Below are positions 1 through 5,303 of a DNA stretch of 5,303 bases, piece by piece (positions within the stretch are counted from its first letter, which is position 1; every line of letters starts with the position of its first letter). A program made the position numbers and the translations under genes. The stretch is from IMG/VR virus record IMGVR_UViG_2690316224_000003; one strand, given 5' to 3'. The notes under the pieces were generated by a model. That model did not search any database. It was given only the letters and a program-made list of their open reading frames with translations, and was not told the origin of the DNA. The DNA is from a virus (lineage: Duplodnaviria; Heunggongvirae; Uroviricota; Caudoviricetes).

Positions 1-281
1 ACATACATGCCGTAAATCTGCCCGACACCATCAATCAGAGGCCAGGGGCGTCCTGTATATGCCTGCGTGGTCAGCAACGAAAGCGACACTTCGCCACCTG
101 TAATTTCAGGATAAAGCACGCCGGAAAGCACGATGCGATCATCACCTGCGCCGATATACTGCCAGCTTGCTGAACGGTTAACGCGTTCATTTTTCACATG
201 CCGCCAGCTTTTGTTTTGCTGTAACTGCTGATGCGGCAATGTGCGCAGCTCAAAAACAAACATGCCGTAGATCATCATCAT
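1..281 (-). CDS. U: Phage tail protein U (P2 gpU-like), N-terminal part; 3' end lies beyond the window start
   Basis: My translation of the minus strand from the ATG at 281 (in-frame ATGs also at 287, 278, 275) gives MMMIYGMFVFELRTLPHQQLQQNKSWRHVKNERVNRSASWQYIGAGDDRIVLSGVLYPEITGGEVSLSLLTTQAYTGRPWPLIDGVGQIYGMYV, open to the window edge. The GVLYPEITGG / PWPL.DG.G.IYGM pattern resembles the P2 gpU family as I remember it. A GAGGAG Shine-Dalgarno at 290-295 overlaps the T stop codon (294-296), and the position directly downstream of T matches the P2 FETUD order. It is absent from the ORF track only because it runs off the window. Confidence 0.72.
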   Translation of the reverse strand, partial: MMMIYGMFVFELRTLPHQQLQQNKSWRHVKNERVNRSASWQYIGAGDDRIVLSGVLYPEITGGEVSLSLLTTQAYTGRPWPLIDGVGQIYGMY

Positions 282-289
282 GGCCATGA

Positions 290-295
290 CTCCTC
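290..295 (-). promoter_or_regulatory. Shine-Dalgarno (GAGGAG) for gene U, overlapping the T stop codon
   Basis: Minus-strand sequence reads TGAGGAGTCATGGCCATGATGATG. The spacing is 8 nt to the ATG at 281 and only 2 nt to the ATG at 287, so 281 is the more likely start. The arrangement suggests translational coupling of T and U. Confidence 0.6.
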
Positions 296-3116
296 AATCT
301 TTATCGTAAAAACTGCCACGCCCGGCACGGGCGCGCCGTTCCATTTCTGCCCTGACCATTTCGCCAATCAGTTTCGCCAGTTCGCGGGGATTCTGTGTAA
401 CAACGTTATGCAGATGAACATGAATTTCACCGCCAAATCCGGAGGCAACAGGCTCCCGGTTACGGGAAGTTGCAGGAACTGATGCCACTGGCGATCGTAT
501 AGCCTCCGCCACCGGGCGGGAGCTGGCCGCAACAACAGGGACCAGCGCCGGAGGCAGCGGAGCCGGAACCACGGGTGTGATAGTAATTGCGGGGGCAGGC
601 TTACTGACCTGCGCAATCTTCCGCTCCTGCCACTCCCCACGAACAGCAAGTGCGCGGGGCAGGTTCTTAAAGACAATATCGCCGGGGCCAATGCGTTTTT
701 TCGTCTCATCAACCAGCTTACCTGTGTTATCAGCAATTTTGCTGAGTCTGCGTAGCGTACCGGTATTGTTGTCTGTGAGCGGTTTGTTGTCTCTGGGTTT
801 ATCGCCTTTTTTGTCGTCGACCTTATCTGACGGGGCCGGGCCGGGAGTCCATGGTTTCTGAACCATTTTCTTGAGAACCGGATCCCATTCCCACATTACA
901 GGAGCCTTTGAAGCGTTCTCTATTTTCTTTCTCGCCCGTTCCGCTTCATCCGGAAGCACTCCGAGCTTTTCAAGTATCCACGCCAGTGAATCCATCAATG
1001 CTTTTGTTGGCGTCAGGACAAGCTCTATCGCTCCACCGAGTACCCTGCCGAATACCTCGCCAGCACTGGTACATTTATCCAGCGTTTCCTTGCTGGACTC
1101 CATCGGTGACAGCAGCGATTTAAACCAGTTAAAGACCTGAATAATCCCATCGCGCACGACATCAAAAACTGGACCGAACCGTTCAAAGGTTTCGCGCAAC
1201 GGAGCCAGCCGTTCCATAATCCCACTGAACACCCCTGCATAAAACGCCTTGATGGGTTCCCAGTATTTCCAGATGAGAACCGCCGCAGCCACAAACGCAG
1301 CAGCAATCAATCCGACCGGGCTGAACAGCGCCCCGATAGCGCCCCCCAGTAACGAAACGGAACCCGTCACCATTCCCCATAGTGCTGGCAGGAGCCTGAC
1401 AGCATTCATTGATCCGGTCAGGAGGGAAAAGCCAAGACGCAGTTTTGCCAGCGGGCCAGCAAGCACACCAATAGCCAACGACAACGAGCCGACCGTTGCA
1501 GTCATCGCCAGCAATGCCCCACCTGCAATCAGTAGCTGGCGCGTCAGTGCCGGATGGGCCTGCGCCAGCGCCGTCACCTTTGATACCACCCGCGTGAGCC
1601 ACTGCGTGACAGAACGCAGCGGACCGTCAATCAGATCTGCAATGCGGATGCGCAACCCTTCCCATGCACTGCCGAGTGATTTCAGATCGCCGTCAAGGTT
1701 GTTGTCCATAACCTTTGCTGTGCGTTCAGCCTCACCGCGCGCGCCTTCAAGTTCTTTTCTCAGTTTGGGTAAGGAGCCGTCACCCGCTGCATCAACGAGC
1801 GCCATAAACGATGTGAAAGCCTCTTCTCCGGCAATGTCCTTAAAGAACGATACCCGGTCAACTTCCCCGTATTTGCGGGTGGCTTTATAAAGGTCGGCCA
1901 GTACATCCTCCATCGGGCGCATTTTGCCGTTCGCGTCAGAGACAGCCACACCCAGCTCTTTCAGCGCCTCTGCTGCCGCCTTTGGCGGTGATGCCAGACG
2001 AGCCAGGCTGGCACGCATTGCCGTCCCGGCATCACTCCCTCTGATGCCCATATTCGCCAGCACGCCCGCCATCGCAGCGGCCTGCTCCAGCGATATTCCC
2101 AGCTTACCCGCCACCGGACCTGCATATTTCATGGTTTCGCCCAGCGCGCGAAGGTCAGTGTTGGTACGGGTAAACGCCGCTGTAAGCGTGTCGCCAACCC
2201 GGTCCATCTGGTCAGCAGAAAGGCCGAACTGCGTCAGGATATTTGAGCCAATATCTGCCGTCTCGCCGAGATCCATACCGCCAGCCGTTGCCATGCTCAG
2301 CACTCCGGGAAGCGCAGCCTGAATGGCCTGCGGTGTGAAGCCTGCCATTGCAAGAAATGCCTGCCCACTGGCGGCATCGCCTGCAGTGAACTGCGTTTCA
2401 GAGCCAAGTTTTAACGCCTGTTCACGCAGCGCCTTAAACTGCGGGCTGTTCTGGTCGATTCGCGTCAGTGCCTGAACGCGGGACATCTCTTTCCCGAACC
2501 CGATCGCAGGCTGCAAAAAACGCCCGGCAGCATAGCTGCCAGCCGCTGCCGCACCAATTGCCAGCGCACCACCTGTTTTCAGTTTTCCCGCGGTTTCCTG
2601 CGCGCGCGAATACCGCTCACGCGCACGTGTTACACGCGCAAGCGCCTGCCGTTCGCGTTCAAGCTGGTTGTTGTACTGTTCGGTGCGTCTGATGGCCTGC
2701 TGGATGGTGTTATCGCTGCCTGTCAGGGAAATGCCGTGGCGTTTCAGCTCTCCGCCAAGCTCCCGCATTTTCTGAATTTCCCGTGTGCGCGATTCATTCA
2801 GGCGTTCAAGCCGGGTGCTTAACTGCTGCATCAGCTTTTGTTGTTTTTCGCTGAGCACTGTACCCGTGCGTTGTAACTGATTAAGGGCGTTAAGCTGGCG
2901 TCGTGCTTTCACGATGCCCGCATCCGCTTTACTGACAGCGTCACGGGCGCGCTCAAATGAACGCGCCTGACGCTCGAGATTTTTGATCGCCCCCTGCGTT
3001 CGCTGGATGGAGTCACCAAACTGCCCCATCAGGCGGCGGGCGTTTTCGGCAGGCCGGGTCAGCCTGTCAACGGCGCTGAAAGCGACCCGGATATCAAGAG
3101 TCTTCATTGTCTGCAT
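294..3116 (-). CDS. T: Phage tail tape measure protein (P2 gpT-like), 940 aa
   Basis: Single long ORF from the track. It has a charged Arg/Glu/Gln/Leu-rich N-terminal ~180 aa (coiled-coil-like), a central region around aa 240-375 (FTAGDAASGQAFLAMAGF...GVLANMGIRGSDAGTAMRASLARL) typical of the tape-measure core, a Gly/Ala/Leu-rich hydrophobic stretch at aa ~527-617 (nt ~1266-1538), and a Pro-rich segment at aa ~838-884 (nt ~465-605). It sits between the chaperone E/E' and U as in P2. The start could instead be the second in-frame ATG at 3107, which has better spacing to a weak GGGA. Confidence 0.9.
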   Translation of the reverse strand: MQTMKTLDIRVAFSAVDRLTRPAENARRLMGQFGDSIQRTQGAIKNLERQARSFERARDAVSKADAGIVKARRQLNALNQLQRTGTVLSEKQQKLMQQLSTRLERLNESRTREIQKMRELGGELKRHGISLTGSDNTIQQAIRRTEQYNNQLERERQALARVTRARERYSRAQETAGKLKTGGALAIGAAAAGSYAAGRFLQPAIGFGKEMSRVQALTRIDQNSPQFKALREQALKLGSETQFTAGDAASGQAFLAMAGFTPQAIQAALPGVLSMATAGGMDLGETADIGSNILTQFGLSADQMDRVGDTLTAAFTRTNTDLRALGETMKYAGPVAGKLGISLEQAAAMAGVLANMGIRGSDAGTAMRASLARLASPPKAAAEALKELGVAVSDANGKMRPMEDVLADLYKATRKYGEVDRVSFFKDIAGEEAFTSFMALVDAAGDGSLPKLRKELEGARGEAERTAKVMDNNLDGDLKSLGSAWEGLRIRIADLIDGPLRSVTQWLTRVVSKVTALAQAHPALTRQLLIAGGALLAMTATVGSLSLAIGVLAGPLAKLRLGFSLLTGSMNAVRLLPALWGMVTGSVSLLGGAIGALFSPVGLIAAAFVAAAVLIWKYWEPIKAFYAGVFSGIMERLAPLRETFERFGPVFDVVRDGIIQVFNWFKSLLSPMESSKETLDKCTSAGEVFGRVLGGAIELVLTPTKALMDSLAWILEKLGVLPDEAERARKKIENASKAPVMWEWDPVLKKMVQKPWTPGPAPSDKVDDKKGDKPRDNKPLTDNNTGTLRRLSKIADNTGKLVDETKKRIGPGDIVFKNLPRALAVRGEWQERKIAQVSKPAPAITITPVVPAPLPPALVPVVAASSRPVAEAIRSPVASVPATSRNREPVASGFGGEIHVHLHNVVTQNPRELAKLIGEMVRAEMERRARAGRGSFYDKD

Positions 3117-3568
3117 TCCCGCTGCGAAGTGCCGCCCGCTCGCGCCAGCTAACCACTTCGCCGGGCGTCATCATGAAGATTTCGAGCGTTCAAGCCGGGT
3201 GCTTAACTGCTGCATCAGCTTTTGTTGTTTTTCGCTGAGCACTGTACCCGTGCGTTGTAACTGATTAAGGGCGTTAAGCTGGCGTCGTGCTTTCAATATG
3301 CCAGCATCCGCTTTACCGACAGCGTCACGGGCGCGCTCAAATGAACGCGCCTGACGCTCGAGATTTTTGATCGCCCCCTGCGTTCGCTGGATGGAGTCAC
3401 CAAACTGCCCCATCAGGCGGCGGGCGTTTTCGGCAGGCCGGGTCAGCCTGTCAACGGCGCTGAAAGCGACCCGGATATCAAGAGTCTTCATTGTCTGCAT
3501 TCCCGCTGCGAAGTGCCGCCCGCTCGCGCCAGCTAACCACTTCGCCGGGCGTCATCATGAAGATTTCG
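2801..3568. repeat. 384-bp direct tandem duplication, copies 2801-3184 and 3185-3568, spanning the T 5' end plus the last 68 bp of E'
   Basis: Base-by-base comparison: 3185-3568 matches 2801-3184 at a constant offset of 384, with 4 substitutions (2912, 2913, 2919, 2933 vs 3296, 3297, 3303, 3317) plus the junction base (2801 g vs 3185 a). The E' tail 3117-3184 is identical to 3501-3568. Confidence 0.9.
3171..3500 (-). pseudogene. Truncated tape-measure N-terminal fragment (T residues 1-105 followed by SKSS and a stop), created by the 384-bp duplication
   Basis: The track ORF 3171..3500 matches T residues 1-105 apart from the S->G and V->L differences, then crosses junction J1 (3184/3185) into E'-tail DNA out of frame and terminates. 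It has the same upstream context as full-length T. Confidence 0.6.
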
Positions 3569-3744
3569 GCGGGCGACCAGTTAAAAATGGCGGCAATATC
3601 CGCCACCAGATCTTCGATGTGCTCAAAGCACACCAGGGTGATTACGCTGCCGTCTCCTGCACGCTCTTCGCGCCAGAGTCTGGCTCGCTCATAAAATTTA
3701 CAGCCACAGCGCACAACTGAATAAAATCGCGTGACGACATTTTT
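3478..3744 (-). pseudogene. Duplicated E' (-1 frame) segment inside the middle repeat copy
   Basis: The track ORF 3478..3714 encodes a 78-aa protein identical to the native E' ORF 4144..4380 despite 3 nucleotide differences, all synonymous. It is preceded by a duplicated A7 slippery run at 3740-3746. Confidence 0.5.
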
Positions 3745-4166
3745 TTAATCATCACTTCATCCAGTCGTGGCGAGGTCACGCGAGGCAACAGCGTGAACAT
3801 GGTATCCGCTTTCAGATTCAGCACATCAGACAGCGACAGACCACGCAGGGATCCCGCCTGCTCAATAGCCCCGGTGATCTCCACATAATGTTGTTTTTCG
3901 CTGAGCACTGTACCCGTGCGTTGTAACTGATTAAGGGCGTTAAGCTGGCGTCGTGCTTTCAATATGCCAGCATCCGCTTTACCGACAGCGTCACGGGCGC
4001 GCTCAAATGAACGCGCCTGACGCTCGAGATTTTTGATCGCCCCCTGCGTTCGCTGGATGGAGTCACCAAACTGCCCCATCAGGCGGCGGGCGTTTTCGGC
4101 AGGCCGGGTCAGCCTGTCAACGGCGCTGAAAGCGACCCGGATGTCAAGAGTCTTCATTGTCTGCAT
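3642..4166 (-). pseudogene. In-frame chimeric ORF: tape-measure N-terminus (aa 1-92), one junction His, then chaperone E residues 44-124
   Basis: The track ORF 3642..4193 reads MQTMKTLDIR...TVLSEKQ then H then YVEITGAIEQ...SVQETAA. The likely start is the ATG at 4166; the track's 4193 is a GTG. Junction J2 lies at ~3888/3889. Whether it is expressed or functional is unknown. Confidence 0.5.
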
Positions 4167-4682
4167 TCCCGCTGCGAAGTGCCGCCCGCTCACGCCAGCT
4201 AACCACTTCGCCGGGCGTCATCATGAAGATTTCGGCGGGCGACCAGTTAAAAATGGCGGCGATATCTGCCACCAGATCTTCGATGTGCTCAAAGCACACC
4301 AGGGTGATTACGCTGCCGTCTCCTGCACGCTCTTCGCGCCAGAGTCTGGCTCGCTCATAAAATTTACAGCCACAGCGCACAACTGAATAAAATCGCGTGA
4401 CGACATTTTTTTAATCATCACTTCATCCAGTCGTGGCGAGGTCACGCGAGGCAACAGCGTGAACATGGTATCCGCTTTCAGATTCAGCACATCAGACAGC
4501 GACAGACCACGCAGGGATCCCGCCTGCTCAATAGCCCCGGTGATCTCCACATATGTGATTTTTTCGCCACCACGCTCAATTGGCCGGGAAAGTTTTACAC
4601 CACGTTCGACAGCCATATCCTCACCTGCCGTCACATCATCCGCTACGGTGTTATTCCGGGTTTCAGTATCGATATCTTTCAT
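4144..4682 (-). CDS. E': Tail assembly chaperone E+E' fusion made by programmed -1 ribosomal frameshift (predicted ~179 aa)
   Basis: Zero-frame codons ATT AAA AAA ATG (4415-4404) lie in a run of 7 A (4406-4412). The -1 frame has a TAA at 4411-4413 and is open from 4410 to the stop at 4144-4146, so a shift in the A-run gives E(1-92) then NVVTRFYSV then the 78-aa track ORF 4144..4380. The 3' end of E' overlaps the T-type start codon at 4164-4166, as in the P2 E/E'/T arrangement. Confidence 0.7.
4308..4682 (-). CDS. E: Tail assembly chaperone E (P2 gpE-like), zero-frame product of 124 aa
   Basis: ORF with a strong Shine-Dalgarno AAGGAG (4690-4695) 7 nt upstream of the ATG at 4680-4682. It lies between tail tube FII and tape measure T, as P2 gene E does, and contains an internal A7 slippery run followed by an open -1 frame. 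Confidence 0.8.
   Translation of the reverse strand: MKDIDTETRNNTVADDVTAGEDMAVERGVKLSRPIERGGEKITYVEITGAIEQAGSLRGLSLSDVLNLKADTMFTLLPRVTSPRLDEVMIKKMSSRDFIQLCAVAVNFMSEPDSGAKSVQETAA
4404..4415 (-). other. Putative -1 programmed frameshift slippery site (A7 run) of E/E'; a duplicate copy lies at 3738-3749
   Basis: Homopolymeric A7 in the mRNA sits exactly where the -1 frame opens. No obvious downstream pseudoknot was assessed. Confidence 0.6.
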
Positions 4683-4689
4683 CAGTTGT

Positions 4690-4695
4690 CTCCTT
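4690..4695 (-). promoter_or_regulatory. Shine-Dalgarno (AAGGAG) for gene E
   Basis: Minus-strand sequence reads CTGAAAAGGAGACAACTGATG, a 7-nt spacer to the start codon. Confidence 0.7.
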
Positions 4696-4705
4696 TTCAG
4701 TCAGA

Positions 4706-4724
4706 GGCGACGCACTGCGCCGCC
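4706..4724 (-). other. GC-rich hairpin in the FII-E intergenic region (8-bp stem, 3-nt loop); not a canonical intrinsic terminator
   Basis: Plus-strand ggcgacgc (4706-4713) pairs with gcgccgcc (4717-4724), with one G-U wobble on the mRNA strand. No U-tract follows on the transcript. Confidence 0.3.
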
Positions 4725-4737
4725 TGCATATTACTTA

Positions 4738-5250
4738 TCAGCCAAGCCCAAGCGCGGAACGAATGCGGTCAGGCACAATGTCCTTGCCGTCCTTCCGGTA
4801 GATGTGGTTCAACAGGTCGATTTCCCACAGCGGGCGATCGTTAACGCTCAGCTTGTAGTAGGTGTTTTTGACAGCGTAAGTGTGTGATGTGGCTTCGCCC
4901 TGTTTGGCCTCCCCCATATCAATTTCCGTCACACGCCCGCGCATCTCGATTTCATACAGATCGCTTTCTGCATCGGTGTAGTATTCACCCGCAAAACGCA
5001 GCAGCGTGCCGTCAATCGTGCCGCCATATTTAAGGAACAGCGCACGAACAGCTCCCCCCATGACAAAACTCGCATCAAGCGCGGAGTCGTCCAGACCGAG
5101 ATCAATACTTACCGCCCCCATCATGCCACCACCACGATAGCTGTCGGTTTTGCGCGTCAGTTTGGGTGGCGTGACGGATGTCACTTTACCCACTTCGTTT
5201 TCACCATCCACAAACAACGTAAAAAAGCGAAGATGTTTTGGTACAGCCAT
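4738..5250 (-). CDS. FII: Major tail tube protein (P2 gpFII-like), 170 aa
   Basis: The track ORF contains PKLTRK..SYRGGGMMGAV..DLGLDD, which matches the contractile-tail tube family as I remember it. A GGAGGTG Shine-Dalgarno lies at 5255-5261. It is immediately upstream of E in P2 order. Confidence 0.88.
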   Translation of the reverse strand: MAVPKHLRFFTLFVDGENEVGKVTSVTPPKLTRKTDSYRGGGMMGAVSIDLGLDDSALDASFVMGGAVRALFLKYGGTIDGTLLRFAGEYYTDAESDLYEIEMRGRVTEIDMGEAKQGEATSHTYAVKNTYYKLSVNDRPLWEIDLLNHIYRKDGKDIVPDRIRSALGLG

Positions 5251-5303
5251 CAGGCACCTCCCAGCACCGCAAATGCGGGACCAAAGAATTCATCAGTAAA
5301 CGA
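5250..5303 (-). CDS. FI: C-terminal 17 codons of the upstream gene, presumably tail sheath (gpFI-like); partial
   Basis: The minus-strand frame ending in TGA at 5250-5252 reads SFTDEFFGPAFAVLGGA then stop, and the stop overlaps the FII start. Identity is inferred from P2 gene order only; the fragment is too short to recognise by sequence. Confidence 0.45.
   Translation of the reverse strand, partial: SFTDEFFGPAFAVLGGA
5255..5261 (-). promoter_or_regulatory. Shine-Dalgarno (GGAGGTG) for FII
   Basis: Minus-strand sequence reads GGGAGGTGCCTGATG. The upstream gene's TGA overlaps the FII ATG (TGATG). Confidence 0.65.

Larger units (their letters stand above)
3223..4554. repeat. 666-bp direct tandem duplication, copies ~3223-3888 and ~3889-4554, spanning T 5' ~278 bp plus E' and the 3' two-thirds of E
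   Basis: 3889-4554 matches 3223-3888 at a constant offset of 666, with 4 internal substitutions (3477/4143, 3526/4192, 3595/4261, 3601/4267) and a junction difference (3888 a vs 4554 t). The T start codon therefore occurs three times: 3114-3116, 3498-3500 and 4164-4166. Confidence 0.9.

Noticed and set aside
368-1602. Minus-strand ORFs 368..736, 1025..1306 and 1183..1602
   Set aside because: These are alternative frames overlapping T on the same strand, with Arg/Cys/Trp-rich nonsense-like translations. They are out-of-frame artefacts of the long T gene.
231-2692. Plus-strand ORFs 231..482, 577..861, 871..1140, 908..1123, 1249..1890, 1924..2322 and 2468..2692
   Set aside because: All lie antisense inside the 940-aa tape measure ORF. 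Their translations are low-complexity and Ser/Pro/Ala-rich, as expected for open antisense frames in GC-rich coding DNA, and no RBS or family resemblance is visible.
3117-4166. Insertion sequence or transposon responsible for the rearrangement
   Set aside because: No transposase-like ORF, terminal inverted repeats or target-site duplications are present; all sequence between the junctions is homologous to adjacent T/E'/E DNA.
4144-4380. ORF 4144..4380 as an independent gene starting at the GTG at 4380
   Set aside because: It has no RBS of its own and is better explained as the -1 frame E' extension reached by frameshifting from E at the A7 run.
2983-4386. Three near-identical plus-strand ORFs (2983..3264, 3367..3720, 4033..4386) starting MIAPCVRWMESPNCPIRRR, plus ORFs 3491..3694 and 4157..4360
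   Set aside because: They are antisense to the repeated T/E' sequence and recur only because the underlying DNA is duplicated. Substitutions between copies are nonsynonymous in these frames but silent in the minus-strand frames, so the minus strand is the coding strand.
2801-4560. Diversity-generating retroelement (template and variable repeat pair) as an explanation for the near-identical repeats
   Set aside because: The substitutions are not adenine-specific (they include c/a, g/t, t/c, a/g and g/a changes), they are mostly synonymous, no reverse transcriptase ORF is in the window, and the repeats lie in the chaperone/tape-measure N-terminus, not in a receptor-binding C-terminal domain.
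2801-4560. CRISPR array or other short interspersed repeat array
   Set aside because: The repeat units are 384 and 666 bp of protein-coding sequence in direct tandem, with no short repeat-spacer periodicity.
4459-4887. Plus-strand ORFs 4459..4887 and 4580..4801
   Set aside because: They are antisense to E and the 3' end of FII, span the intergenic hairpin, and have low-complexity translations with no supporting signals.

Overview
The window is one contiguous minus-strand block of a P2-like (myovirus-type) contractile-tail gene module, in the canonical FI-FII-E-E'-T-U order read right to left. It contains the last 17 codons of a putative tail sheath gene (5250-5303), the major tail tube gene FII (4738-5250), the tail assembly chaperone E with its -1 frameshift extension E' (4144-4682), a 940-aa tape measure protein T (294-3116), and the N-terminal ~94 codons of tail protein U (1-281). 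No RNA genes, CRISPR arrays, transposases or IS ends are visible. The unusual part is 2801-4560: the E'/T boundary is present three times because of two nested, near-identical direct duplications (a 384-bp unit and a 666-bp unit). These create a truncated T N-terminal ORF, an in-frame T::E chimeric ORF, and a second copy of the E/E' frameshift cassette. The copies differ at 8 positions, 6 of them synonymous in the sense frame. I cannot tell from sequence alone whether this is a real rearrangement, mosaicism between two related prophages, or an assembly artefact. I see no evidence of a novel defence or other accessory system; the candidate novelty is the rearranged chaperone/tape-measure junction. 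Product calls rest on my own translation and remembered family features, not on database searches.
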